In this document: positions 12,645 to 24,827 of the stretch, piece by piece | How positions within the stretch are numbered: the stretch's first letter is position 1 | Layout of the letters: every line of letters starts with the position of its first letter | From: Pelomyxa schiedti | Lineage: Eukaryota > Protista > Evosea | Length of the DNA stretch: 64,000 nt | Assembly: GCA_020536535.1 (NCBI GenBank) | Contig: JAHLWZ010000644.1 | Coordinates: forward strand, 1 to 64,000 | Direction of reading: 5' to 3' | Translations under genes and position numbers: made by a program | Notes under the pieces: model-generated | Told to the model about the DNA's origin: nothing | The model's input: only the letters and a program-made list of their open reading frames with translations | Database searches by the model: none

Positions 12645-14646
12645 TTTTTTTTGATTTCGAAGAATCAATCATTCGAAAAAAAGGAGAAACACAACACAGC
12701 AAAATTGTGAATTGGGAATAAAGACGCAGTGGGATGGGCTGAGTGCCTTTGCAATGCAGAACGAACTAGAGATGACGAATACGGCGGGCAGCTTTGTCCT
12801 GTTGGGACTTTACATTTGCAGTTGTGGCTGCAGTGTCTTGGAGTGATTCAATGCCATTTCTGACTTCCTGAACATGCTCTGGTGTAAGTATGGGCATCCT
12901 CTCGCCCTTTCTTTGCCTTCTTCTCCATGCAGTAAGGCACATTCCAGCAAACACGGAAATAACGGCACCAGTGGCTACCCACTGAATGGCAAGGCACACA
13001 ATGGTCATAATGTGGAGTAAATCATTGGAGCAAGGGTATAAAATCTGTAGGCTAACTTGAATGAGGAAATGGGATTATGTGAACCGAACTCACACTGTCC
13101 CAGCCATCATGCTGGAGAATTCTACTGCCCATGCCCAAGTTGCATATTAGATAATTTTTAGTGATCCATGGAATTTAAAGGATTAACCTACACGAGAGGG
13201 CCCCAATTCCAAGAATAATCACCAGCCATCCCTACACAATGGGAACAGCCACAGTTAGTTTGGTGTCAAGCCTATTATACATTTCATACCTCAAACAACA
13301 GAGTTCCTAGAACTACTAAGAAGCTGTATGAGGAAGCAACTACTTCAATCATGCCATAAATACACGTCTAGACAAGAGTTAAGCTGCCCGTTAATTTCGT
13401 CTTTAATTATTGTTCCTCCTTTTTTTGTTTTCAAATTATAAACCACCACAAACTTGGCACGTGAATCCGTCCTCCATTTCGACGCGAAACCACGAAGCAT
13501 TGATGGAGCTGCAAACAAGAAGCGGCACAAAGACAACAAAAGCAGCAGGAAGCACCAGCAACGGTTCTTGGCACAAAAAACAGTGGCAACCAGAGCACCG
13601 GCCACAACACCCTCGAGTTTCACCCCACCGCCTCCTCCCACAACATTTGCTCCTGTTCTGCATGGATACTGCTGCGTGCAATGAATGTTCAGAGTGCATC
13701 GGACCGTCAGGGTCCTGACCTTGTGAAGTCTAGAGTTTTTCGGTGTGACATTTCCGTTCGAGCAAAAAAAAAAGCAGAAGACCCTTTTTCTGCAAGATTC
13801 GGATTCTGTGATGAAGAAGAGGGGAGGGACACCGGCGGTGCCCAAGAGCACAACAAAAAGAATAACGCTGGCCAAACAGGGGTTGGAAGAAATTCCTGGT
13901 GTGGCAACTGTTTAGATGCCTCTTCTTCTTTTCTTTTTTTTTTCCCCCCCCTTCTCTTCCTTTCATTTCTCATGTTGTTGGAATGAAGTGGACCTCATCA
14001 GGGAACGATGTCCTGACGTTGTGGAGTTGGACTTAACTGACAACAACCTGGGCGAAATAATGGAGTGTCGGTTCTTTCCCACATTGCAACTCCTTGTATT
14101 GGACGGCAATCACATCTCCTCGGACACTCAATTCCCGTTTCTACCAAAACTTGATGTACTACCCCTATCTTGACTTTCTTTTCTTTTGTTTTCCGAGTTT
14201 TACCTCCTCCCCCTTATTTTTGCTTGTAATGGCTTTGAGTGATTAACCTTTTTTTTTTCTTTCGTTTCCTTTGCATGCAACACAACTACACCAAAGTCAC
14301 AGACACGCAGACACTCTGGGTAAACAAAAACGAAATTACCAACCTAGCTCTATTTCTTGACAAAATTACCTTGAGTACTCCCAATCTGAAGCATCTATCC
14401 ATGCTCAAAAATCCAGTACTTTCCAACCCCCGAATTCCCTCCCAATTTCGTTGTTTCGTTTTCCGTATCGTTCTCCTTTTTTTGTCCCCTCGCCCTTTTT
14501 CCCCCTAATTCTACACTAAGGCGTGCCCAAGTTGTTTCAATGGAGGCACGGTTGTTTTATATCAAGATTACAGATACTACACCCTCAGTCGACTGCCGCA
14601 CCTCCTCAGTCTCGACAACTCCCCAATCTCTGAGGAGGAGCGCCGG
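11982..14646 (+). repeat. Segmental duplication, copy B
   Basis: Aligns with 1-2558. Confidence 0.95.
12766..13663 (-). CDS. Small multi-pass membrane protein, copy B
   Basis: Paralogue of 785-1683 with conserved splice sites and an open frame. Confidence 0.65.
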
Positions 14647-14817
14647 ACGGCCCAGGGGATGTACGCATCTGTTAGCGCCGTCAGCACCACAAAGATGGTC
14701 CCAATTAAAATGCCGGCGCCATCTCCGCCTCCTGAGACATCCAAGGCCAAGAAAGGCACGCCGGCAAAAAAAGACGGCGGGGAGAGCAGCGACTGGACAG
14801 ACTCGGACGACGAGTGA
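13811..14817 (+). CDS. LRMDA-like LRR protein, copy B (complete)
   Basis: Same LRRs and LRRcap as copy A; ends ...SSDWTDSDDE*. Confidence 0.82.
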
Positions 14818-15003
14818 CAAGGCAAAAAAACAACACCAAGTTTGGCGTTTGGCAGTTGCTCAATTTGGAACTTTCTTCGAAGCAGCAGGCGCGACTCATG
14901 GATTTTCTTGAGATGCCAAAATCTGCGTTTTTTTTTCTTTTTGAAGTTTCTGGGGGGCGGTTGCTCACCCTGTTGGTTCCAACGCCGGAAAAGCGACACA
15001 GAA

Positions 15004-16468
15004 ATGACAACAGCGGCGAAGACCAACGCGGGATCTCTCTTGGTTGATAGGGATATTGATTTGGTGTTCATCGGCGAGGACTTGTTGTTGCATGGCGGAG
15101 GTTGTGAGCCTCAGATTTTTGCTGCTGCGCACCCCGCGGCTGTGACCATGAAAAGCTCGACACGCGAGAAAAATGTGACGTGCACGAGAAGAAAGCGACT
15201 GCCCGTGCGCAATGTCGAAGACTCTTCTGAAGATGAGATTGTGAACCCTGTGAGAAAGAGGAGTAGAATTGTTACTTGCAAGGCGAAACGCTCTACTGTG
15301 CGCAGCCGGTCAAAAAGAAATACAAGTAGGTTTACTCCCCACAATCTGCGTTAGTGACTATTCTTCAGACTCTAAAATCGGGTCGACTGGCAGTCCCCCG
15401 TGTACCTCAGAGAGTGAAAGTAGTTCGAGTGAAAGTGAGTGTCCCCCCTCGGACTCTGACTCGGACTGTGATACACCCTGTCAATCCACTTCAGACGAGG
15501 ACTCTAGTCCCACGCATTCGCGAAATCGGGAAACCGTGGTGCCACATGCGAGTCTTCGTGCTGGAGTTATCAGAACTGCGGAATCTTCAGATGAGTCAAG
15601 TGATGTCGACGAGAGCGACGAAGCTTCAAATACTGATAGTGACAGTGAAAGCGAAGATCTCCAGTGTACATTGCCGATTTCATCGAGGGGCCCGTTTGAT
15701 CCATACTTGTTCATCAAGAACTTGCCACCGCATGAGTCACTCATCCAGCAACCAATCGTCCTTCCTCCACAGTCACCTTCGTTACCTCGGCCGACCTTGG
15801 TGCTGGATCTGGACGAAACCCTTGTGCACTGCTCACTTGAATCCATTCCGGGCGAAGATTTGGTGTTCGATGTCACGATATGTGGCAAAGAATACCAGAT
15901 GCACGCCAGGAGAAGGCCACACCTGGAGCAATTTTTGCTTGCTGTGTCGGCCCTATTTGAGGTGGTTGTATTCACTGCCTCGCAGTCTGAGTATGCGAGC
16001 AAGTTGCTCAACCACCTTGATCCCAAAAATTGCCTATTCACGTACTACTTCCGTCACGATGTTTGCATTGTGACTTTAATGCTTCTTATCTATCCCCTCT
16101 CCCTCTCACCTTTCCGATTATTAGATATCGTATCTATCGCGAAGGCTGCGTTGCAGTTGAAGGGAATTACCTCAAAGATTTGACAGTTTTGGGCCGTGAC
16201 TTGTCTCGTGTGGTGATTGTTGACAACTCTCCCCATGTTTTTGGCTATCAGGTAGCTTGCTCTGTATTTTTTCTTCCCCAAAAAGCTATTACCGGGTGCT
16301 TAGATGGACAACGGGGTTCCTATTCTGAGCTTTATTGACTCCAACGAGGACAACGAGCTGTTGAAGCTCCTCCCTCTTCTTACCACGTTGTCCTCGGCAC
16401 AAGACGTCAGGCCGATTTTACGGGAGACTTACGGAACCCACAAGAGAGTGGAACTCTCCAACCCCTGA
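15004..16468 (+). CDS. SCP/CTDSPL2-like HAD CTD phosphatase (NIF domain)
   Basis: [40 protein letters not shown]...[22 protein letters not shown]. Start may be 15148. Confidence 0.93.
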
Positions 16469-16721
16469 CCCACAAAGTGAAAACATAAAACCCGGGAATA
16501 ATCAACTAGTCAACTGAGAGAATAAGACCTTGGCTTCTACCTGTGTAAGAAAAAAGCCAGCTGCGTGCCCCTCTGGAAAATGTGTTCTCTCACTCGTCCC
16601 CATGTTTGTGTGTGCCCTTGGCACCTGCACTAAGAAGAGAAAAAACAATTTTTTTTTTGTCACTCGTTTTGATCAAGGTGCACTTTTCAGAAGAAAGTGG
16701 GGACGTTGGAAAGAAGGAAGC

Positions 16722-19232
16722 ATGGCAGCGGCGAAAAGAGAGAGCTGCCTCAAGGTCGATATGCGCTTTGCTGGATTTTGATTGTGGGAGCAGAGAGTGC
16801 AGTGGGTGACTAACATTTGGTTGTAGGCACTCAATAACTTGAAAATGGTCATCTCGCACGAGGACCCAACACAAATATTTGAGATCAAACGCAAGCTTGG
16901 CAAGGGAGCCTATGGTTGTAATACCCTACTTTTTTGTTGTTGTATTAATTCTCGTTAGGATATGTCTATTCTGGGATTGATTCTCGCACTGGCGTGAGTC
17001 ATTAGTTCTTCCATTGGTTAAATTATATCGTTTTTATCGTTTTGTTTTGTTTTTTCTTTTTTCCCCTGTACCCCTTTGATGGTTCAATTAGGATATCGTG
17101 GCAATCAAAATTATTTGGTTAGAAGACGCTACAACCATTGAAGATGTGAGAAAGGAAGTTGAGATGCTCAGAGGTTGTAACACATGTTTTTTGCTCTGTG
17201 TTAAAAAGTGTGCTTAGATTGTAAACATGAAAATATTGTAAAGTACTATGGGTCCTATTTCAAGGTGTGATTCCGCTATTTTTTTCAGTAACTAAGTTTT
17301 GTAGCAAGGGTATCTGTGGATCGTGATGGAGTTCTGTGGTGGTGGTTCTGTTGGCGATATCTGCCAAACAATGGATACAGGATTAGAGGAGGCACAAATT
17401 GCTGTTATCTGCAGAGAGGCCTTGAAGGCATCCCGCATTTCAAGCCTTTTTTTTTTCCCTCTAATACGCTAAGGGATTGAGATATCTTCACCACAAACGT
17501 AATGTTGTACACAGGTTTTGCTACTTTTACCTACATTGTTCTAACTTCTTGACAGAGACATCAAAGGAAGCAATATTCTGTTGAAGGTTTTGGGCATCCT
17601 TGTAGCGTACAGATATAACTATCCTAAAAGGACCATGGAGAAGTTAAAATATCCGACTTTGGAGTTGCAGCAACCTTGTATAGCACCTTCAATAAAAGAA
17701 ATACCTTTGCTGGTATCACACGTCTCCCGGGTTTTCCTTTGACAGAGTTATAGGAACTCCATACTGGATGGCGCCTGAGGTAATTTTGGAGAGCAATTAT
17801 GACCGATCTGCTGATGTATGGTCAAGGTTATCTTTTACAAAATCACGTTTCAAAGATATGGTCCCTTGGAATAACAGCTATGGAAATGGCAGAAGTAGTT
17901 CCTCCATACGCCAATGTGCATCCAATGAGAGTGTTATTTATGATCCCAAGGGAGCCTTCACCTACTCTCAAGGCTGCCCATTGGAGCGACCATTTTAGGT
18001 ATCTGATTAGCGGTGAAGGAAGGCATTGACACATTGGCAGAGACTTTGTTGCAAAATGTCTGGTCAAAGATCCTGGACAACGACCAACCACCACACAACT
18101 ATTAAGCCATCCATTTATTGCGAAAGTATGAGAAGGTTTTTCCTTCTTTCGGCAAGCTCATTTTTCTAGGCCCCCTCCACAGAGATACTAGTTGATCTCA
18201 TTGCAAAATGTAAGTCTCTCAAGCATAACAACCAGCCTGAATCCTCTGAAACGTTTGTTCTGCCAAAATTTTTTTTTACACTAATAAATTTCAGGGAAGA
18301 AGAAGGTCTATCTTACGAAGAGAGTCTAAACTTCTGCACTGACGTTTCCCCTGATGGAACATTCCGCATTCATAACCAACCGTCCCCTACTCCTCCTCAC
18401 GCCTCAGTGGCTCCAGCTAATTCACCACTTTCCATGTCCGGAACTGTAGTTCCTCCCTCGTCACCTCGCCCTCACCATGCTCGCAGTAATAGTGCAACTT
18501 CTCTTACATCATCGACCGGCACTACTGTCCTACGTCACACAACCACCCCACCGTCACCATCAGTTATGCTCCACAACACCTCCACCCCCCTGCATCAGCG
18601 TCCCACCACACCCGTTTCACAATCACCATTGACTGCACTGATCACACCGCATGCCCCAGCAACTCCTCAATCTTCTTCCTTACTTGTTGAATCATCCAAT
18701 CGTTTTGTCTCGACTCCAACACATGCAAATCACCGTACACGTCAGGACCATTCTCTCAGCTCTACACCCTCCAGCTCAAGTGAGAGCAAAAAAGCCATCG
18801 AGGCAGTGCTCAAGTTGCACAGCAGGGGTGCAAGTGGTGTGGGTGTATCAGAAAGTGAATCAAGTATCCGCGCTATTTATGATAAAGACTGCACCATCCG
18901 AGTGCCCTTCTTGAACCTCAGCTACATATCTCCAGATGCAATGCTAACCCCTGATGATAATGACGACTGTGGTGCCACTCTGGTCGAACTATGGTACTCC
19001 CTCCTACCCCCGCAATACAAAATTCCCGTAAGATGACCTTTCATTTTGCAGCAGCGGGAAGCCTTTTGTGCAACCGGAATCGCTCTCCCCAACCCTAGGG
19101 AACCTCCTCAGCACTCTTGCCGACCACAAGGCCAAAGAAATAAATGTTCCCATGAATGTCCGCGAGTCTGAGCAGACATCCCGCATTGTATCTGATTTAA
19201 CCTCCACACTCAAAACCATATTCACCCTGTAG
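16722..19232 (+). CDS. STE20-family (MST/MAP4K-like) Ser/Thr kinase with conserved C-terminal helical domain
   Basis: [75 protein letters not shown]. Confidence 0.95.
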
Positions 19233-19380
19233 AAACAACCCGAGCGAATAAAAGAACAACACCCCAGCCCTTCCCGTCTCTTTCTGTTTGAGCTTTTCTT
19301 TTTCCTACAGAGAAAAACTGTTGTGAGTTTTTCTTCTTGGAATTGTGAAACAACCACTCATAAACCAGTCACTGGCCTGA

Positions 19381-22300
19381 TGGTACGCCAGGCTTTATCG
19401 CCTGGAGTATGATAGTAAAGCCTTCTTTAACACAGCGCAGGGTGGGCAAACATCATCGAGCCGGATACTTGACCTCCAAGAGCCGTGCCCTCCGCTTGCG
19501 CGTAGTGTCCCACAATTGCAAAATAAATACGCCAAGATCGGGAAAAGAGACGACGTTGCTCTTGCTGATGTTTGTGCCGAGCTTGCGAATCAGGATTGTG
19601 CTTGTAGGGAGCTGACCCTGGAACTCCCCATTGGAGACAAGGGAGCAGCAAGCATTGCAACAGCACTCGAGTCGAACAAGTCTCTGATGTCTCTCTCTCT
19701 ACAAGGCGTTTATATATATGACCCTGACAAAAAAATCGGGAATGAGGGAGCAACACTCATTGCAAGAGCACTCGAGGCAAACAAGTATTTGGTGTATCTG
19801 GAGATAACAGGTATGTCCTTCAGGCGCTCAATTATATAGCGTTTACGAACCATCCTCCACAAAATGCCTCAGAAAACAAAATTGGGGATGAGGGGGCGGC
19901 GAGTATTGCAAGTGCACTTGAATCAAACAAGTCTCTAGTTTCTCTGAATCTCGGGGGTATGTTGTACCATCACCCATTCTGCTCCTTTAATTCCAACATG
20001 GTTAACACTCCACACAGACAATAGAATTGGGGATAAGGGAGCAACAAGCATTGCAAGAGCACTCGAATCAAACAAGTCACTGGTGTCTCTAAATCTCAGG
20101 CGTATCCACCCCTCCTCCCCTCCATCATTCTGTTGTGTTCTCTCACTTCTTGATTGATGATTGACGATTGACTCTCCAAAACATCATCCAGGAAATAAAA
20201 TTGGGAACGAAGGTGCGAAAAGCATCGCGAGAGCACTTGAATCAAATAAGTCTCTTGTGTCTCTGGATCTCAGCCGTATGTCGTGCCATCGTTCCATTGC
20301 CTCCCAATTTATGACTCCACAATATCATCCAGGCCTCGCCCGGAAGGGGAACAAGATTGGTCCCGAGGGAGCAACGAGTATGGCGAGATCACTTGAATCA
20401 AACAATTCACTCGTGTCTCTTAATCTCGGAGGTATGTGCCAACATGGTGGTTAACCCTCCATGCAAAATCACCCAGGCAATAAAATTGGTCATGAGGGAG
20501 CAACAAGTATTGCAAGAGCACTTGAATCAAACAAGTCTCTAGGTTCTCTGGATATAAGAGGTATCTCCTTTGTAATTGAGAGAGCAAAGCTATGGACCAT
20601 CCTCCACAAAATGCCTCAGAAAACGAAATTGGAGATGAGGGAGCAGTGAGTATTGCGAGAGCACTTGAATCAAACAAGTCTTTGGTGTCGCTGAACATAC
20701 GAGGTATGTCCTACATGTACTCAATTGTCAAGTGGTTATGTACCCTCAAAATGCCTCAGAAAACGAAATTGGAGATGAGGGAGCAGTGAGTATTGCAAGA
20801 GCACTCGAATCAAACGCTTCTTTGGCGTGTCTGGATATAGAACGTATGTCCTTCATGCTAAAGTGGTCATTGACCCTCCTCCACAAAATACCTCAGAAAA
20901 CAAAATTGGAAATGAGGGAGCGGCAAACATTGGAAGAGCCCTTGAATCAAATAAGTCTCTGGTGTTTCTGCATCACCGCAGTATGTAGTACCATCGTTGC
21001 AGCTTTTTTCGGTGATCCGCAACTTCACCCAGACAACAAAATTGAGAATGAGAGAGCATCAGATATTGTGAGAGCACTCGAATCAAACAAGTCTCGGGAT
21101 ATCAATTGTATGCAATGCAATCGTTCTATTGCGTTTTCCCCCGTTCCAGCATACCCTCCTTTACACATCTGTAGCAACACTGTTCTTGTGGTTTACCTGG
21201 GTAATTCATCCTACCTTGGGTGCTTCCCTTATAGTCTTTCTTGAAAACGATTCTCTTGCACCTTTCAACAATATTTTCGTGGGTGGTACCAAATGCCCTC
21301 ATGTTCAGTTGAACTTTGAGCTATGGTTGCTAAGCTTGGAGCTCTGGTTTGTCCCAGGACTGCCTGAAACTAATCTCTCCGAGACACTATTTGAAAGTCC
21401 CTTTGAGATTCTTGATCAGGAGAATCGCCGGCCCAGTTAATACATCCATTTTTTTTCTGTCTATTGAATCCTCCCTCTCAAAAAGGGTCTCACCCAAATG
21501 CAATGGCCCTTGCCTCAGGCAAAGAATACTTTGAGAATAACTTCCAAAGCACACTCACAAAAGCAGCACTGCAGTCAGCATCAGTGGTGATGCCACAACC
21601 ATTAACAAAAACACGGTCAACCAAAGAAGAAATTCCACAACAGGGACAACCAAATTCCTCCACAACCACGGTTTCGGGACCTATAACGGCCGCACCAATA
21701 GCACTCACGTCTTCCTTGGATACCCCACCAACACCACCAGCACTCCCGTTAAGACCACTATCGCTTGCACCAAAACTGGATTCTGATGCTGTTTCTGCCA
21801 CCGCTGCTACCACAAGAACACTTGTGGTGAGCCCTGCTGCAACAACACCCTTTCAAATTCAAGTGGCCAACGCAGAACAAACGTGTTTTTGGCTTGACTC
21901 TATTGGTGTGGATGACGACTGCCTGAAAATCATCAGAGCGAACAAACTGAGAGGAAGAACACTTGCCAATTACTCTGTGCAACAATTGTGTGACCTTGGC
22001 CTGGTCACTGGTGATGCAGAATTCATTGTCGAGGAGGTGAAACTACATTTGGCAAGATATCTTCAAGAGCAACAACCACAGCAGCAACAGCAACCGTCGA
22101 CTGTTATTTCCTCCCCCCTTGAGGGCGGGACAGCAACAGGTGCCAGCAGACAACAGCAACCACCTGGTGGTATGTAGATGAGCAAACCTCTGGGTTTTTT
22201 TTTCTTCTAACCACTTTCTTTTTTTCAGTGGGAGCAGCACCTCTTTTCAGTGCTGGGATGAGCTACAAGTGCTTTGCCTTTGTTGTTGGAAACGAATCAT

Positions 22301-23339
22301 ACGGAAGGCGTTCCCTCAAAAACGCCATCAATGATGCGGAATCTATTTATGAGGTAAGTCTTTCTTTCCTCTTTTTCCATTGTATGACAAACAATCCCTC
22401 AGTTCTTGAAGACCAAATGCCAATTTGAGGTTGTCTGCCACAAAAACATCCCAAATCTCGAAGTCTTTGATGTAAACTTGCGAAAATTCAAAGAAACACT
22501 GATCAAGCAAAAGAGGGCAGGAAACAAGGTTTGTGTGTTTGTGCGTCTGTGGCGAACTTGTTTGTGTGGGAATTGGCCCGGCAGCCTGATAAGTTTCATC
22601 ACTATATGATCAGGTTGCCAGCATATTTTATTTTGCAGGACATGGAAGGCAAGTGGAAGGGCACAACTTCCTGCTGATGACAGATGACGAGACTGCTTTC
22701 GAGGAGACCACTTACGACCTCATGGAGATCAAAGCACCGATGCTTGGCTCTGTGATTGACGGAATGAAGAGGTACTCTGACCTCACAATCGGCATTCTTG
22801 ATGCCTGCCGCCAATCCAATGACAAGACTGCCTTCAAGGTGACGAGATTTGATTTTTCTTATTCCAGCACTAATGATCTCTTGAAATTGGCCAGACACGT
22901 GGATCAGACCCGACAACCGAACTCCAACTGACGAAAGAAGATTTTCGCGCTGGGTGCATTTTGATTTACCCAACAAGCCCAGGTTTTTCCCCTCTCACCC
23001 CATATTATTCAACAGCCACTCACTTCTGCCACATGGTGCAGGGAGGACAACACTGGATGTTTGCACGCTGCCGAACAGGCAGAACCATGGATTCTTCACT
23101 GGTTGCTTCCTCGAAGGTTGCTTGCTTTGTTTTGCCTCAACTCCTCATTTGCAACCCCACCCCACACCACCTATTCTTACATCACTCATACATGTGCTCT
23201 AGTTGTTGAGAATGCACAACACGGCACACCGTGGAACGACCTCGAGTCCGCCATTATTCAGATGGTGCAGACGGAATCTCATGACGAACAGACACCATGG
23301 GTCTCAAAGAGTTCGGGACTTCGCTTTGCTCTCTTCTGA
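19381..23339 (+). CDS. RI-like LRR array + SAM domain + caspase-like (peptidase C14) fusion protein; 5' end uncertain
   Basis: About 11 repeats of NKIGxEGAxSIARALESNKSLVSLNL; SAM-like FWLDSIGV...LRGRTL...LCDLGL; caspase motifs VVGNESY, LKNAINDA, YFAGHG, ILDACR, NHGFFT, QTPWV. A phase-1 intron at about 21436-21484 joins the LRR region to the SAM exon. Confidence 0.75.
19620..21100 (+). repeat. Tandem exon+intron units (about 140 bp), each encoding one 28-aa LRR
   Basis: Repeating aaattgg..atgagggagc...gagcact.gaatcaaacaagtc exons separated by gtatg...cag introns; several introns share ccatcctccacaaaatgcctcag. Confidence 0.9.
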
Positions 23340-23492
23340 GGTCAAGTAAAAGGCCACTGTACCACTGTATGGTGAAAAAGTAGCATCTGTCTGGTACTAC
23401 AAGGACATAAAGCTGTCAACTTGGCAACTTACTAAGTTGGACCCTTTTGTGTATTGAATAAAGACAGTGTTCGAGGAATATTTGGACGCGAA

Positions 23493-24740
23493 ATGAAACG
23501 CAAGACGGAACGAAAAGCGACGATTCGCCCAGTGATAGAGGCGCGATCGCAGTTTGTTGGTTTTGCCTGTTCGGGGTTGGACAGGTGCGGCAGAGGGAGC
23601 CCGGCGAGGTTGCTGTCCCACAATGGCGCGTTGCGCGAGCAATTCGGCCGCGAATGGGTCGTTGGTTGCTCCAGGTGGATAGGAACCACCGTCACGCTTC
23701 CAATTGTGGGAGGTGATGCCCAGGCACCACTAGACGCGAAATCAACAGTCAATTTTCACGTGTTCATGGGCTTGAGCGCAACACTTGGAGTTGTGTCATG
23801 CAAGTGTCTTGGGGAGTCACAGTTCCCCCCGAGGGGTGGCCGTATGTTTGGCAGTGTTCAGGGTTGTGTGGGTGATGACAGGTTTGTGGTGGGATCCTTC
23901 TTCGGGGGCTCATGCATCGCGAATAGCGAGGGGAAGGTTGTGGCATCGCTGGAAGGTGAGATTGAGTGTGACAGGTTTGGGTTCTGGCTAAGGAACAAGA
24001 AGTGGTTTGTGAGGGCTGAGCCTCATTCAATAGTCTCGAGAGTGATTGTGTGGAGGGTGGACAACAATGGTGCGCCTGTGTCCAGGGGTGTTCGTGTGAA
24101 GTGCACTGTGCCACTGAGTCGTGAGTGTGTGAGAATATCTCCATTTGATCCTTGTGGTGATGAGATTGTTTTCGTTGGCGAGCAGCCAGGTTCGGGTTGG
24201 GGTGCTGAGCCTGTGCCAACAACAATCTCATTTGTTGACCTTGAGAAGAGCATTGAAGCTGGTGTCACGGTGGCGGTCTCCAAGAGGAGCGTGTATCTCC
24301 CGCACTCAACCCCTTTCGACGTGATTTGGGCATCTCCCAGCACAATCCTCGTTCTGTACAGAGTTACCAGCGGCGGCCGCCCCATGTGTGCTGGCTTCAG
24401 TGTTCTCAACACTGTGACTGGTCAGGTGCGGTCATTCTCTGAAGAGATGTACACCAGCATTTCCACAGTGTGGCCTTCACACATCACTGCCTTGCGTAGA
24501 CGTCGTGATGGATGGTGGGACACCTCATCAGTGTGCGAGATCTATTGTGCATCATCAGACTTGAGTCATCCCTCATTCAGTTACGATGTCGACCGGAGAG
24601 GCCAACCACAAGGGGACCGCGGGGAAATCTACTATTCTTTCCTTCCAGCTCCAACTGTATCATGCCGTGAAGTTTCCATTTGTGATGTCATAACGGGGAG
24701 GGATCTGGCAGTTCTTACATACAACCATTTAATGAGTTAA
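23493..24740 (+). CDS. Intronless hypothetical protein of a lineage-expanded family (beta-rich)
   Basis: Uninterrupted ORF of about 415 aa; ARSQFVGFAC...RCGRGSPARLL N-terminus typical of expanded Pelomyxa-type families (from memory). Confidence 0.7.
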   Translation: MKRKTERKATIRPVIEARSQFVGFACSGLDRCGRGSPARLLSHNGALREQFGREWVVGCSRWIGTTVTLPIVGGDAQAPLDAKSTVNFHVFMGLSATLGVVSCKCLGESQFPPRGGRMFGSVQGCVGDDRFVVGSFFGGSCIANSEGKVVASLEGEIECDRFGFWLRNKKWFVRAEPHSIVSRVIVWRVDNNGAPVSRGVRVKCTVPLSRECVRISPFDPCGDEIVFVGEQPGSGWGAEPVPTTISFVDLEKSIEAGVTVAVSKRSVYLPHSTPFDVIWASPSTILVLYRVTSGGRPMCAGFSVLNTVTGQVRSFSEEMYTSISTVWPSHITALRRRRDGWWDTSSVCEIYCASSDLSHPSFSYDVDRRGQPQGDRGEIYYSFLPAPTVSCREVSICDVITGRDLAVLTYNHLMS

Positions 24741-24827
24741 AAGAATGCCAGACAAAAATCAACAGACCGGCCTGTTTTGTTGTGGATCGTGGTGGTGTGG
24801 AGATGCGAAGGGCCAATTGATTGTTTT

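Noticed and set aside
13128-13130. Apparent +1 frameshift (extra C) in membrane-protein copy B
   Set aside because: The only usable acceptor AG lies just downstream on the coding strand (atgggcag|TA GAA), so the extra base is intronic and both copies stay in frame.
19620-21100. CRISPR-like regularly spaced repeats
   Set aside because: The repeats are LRR-coding exons and the spacers are GT-AG introns.
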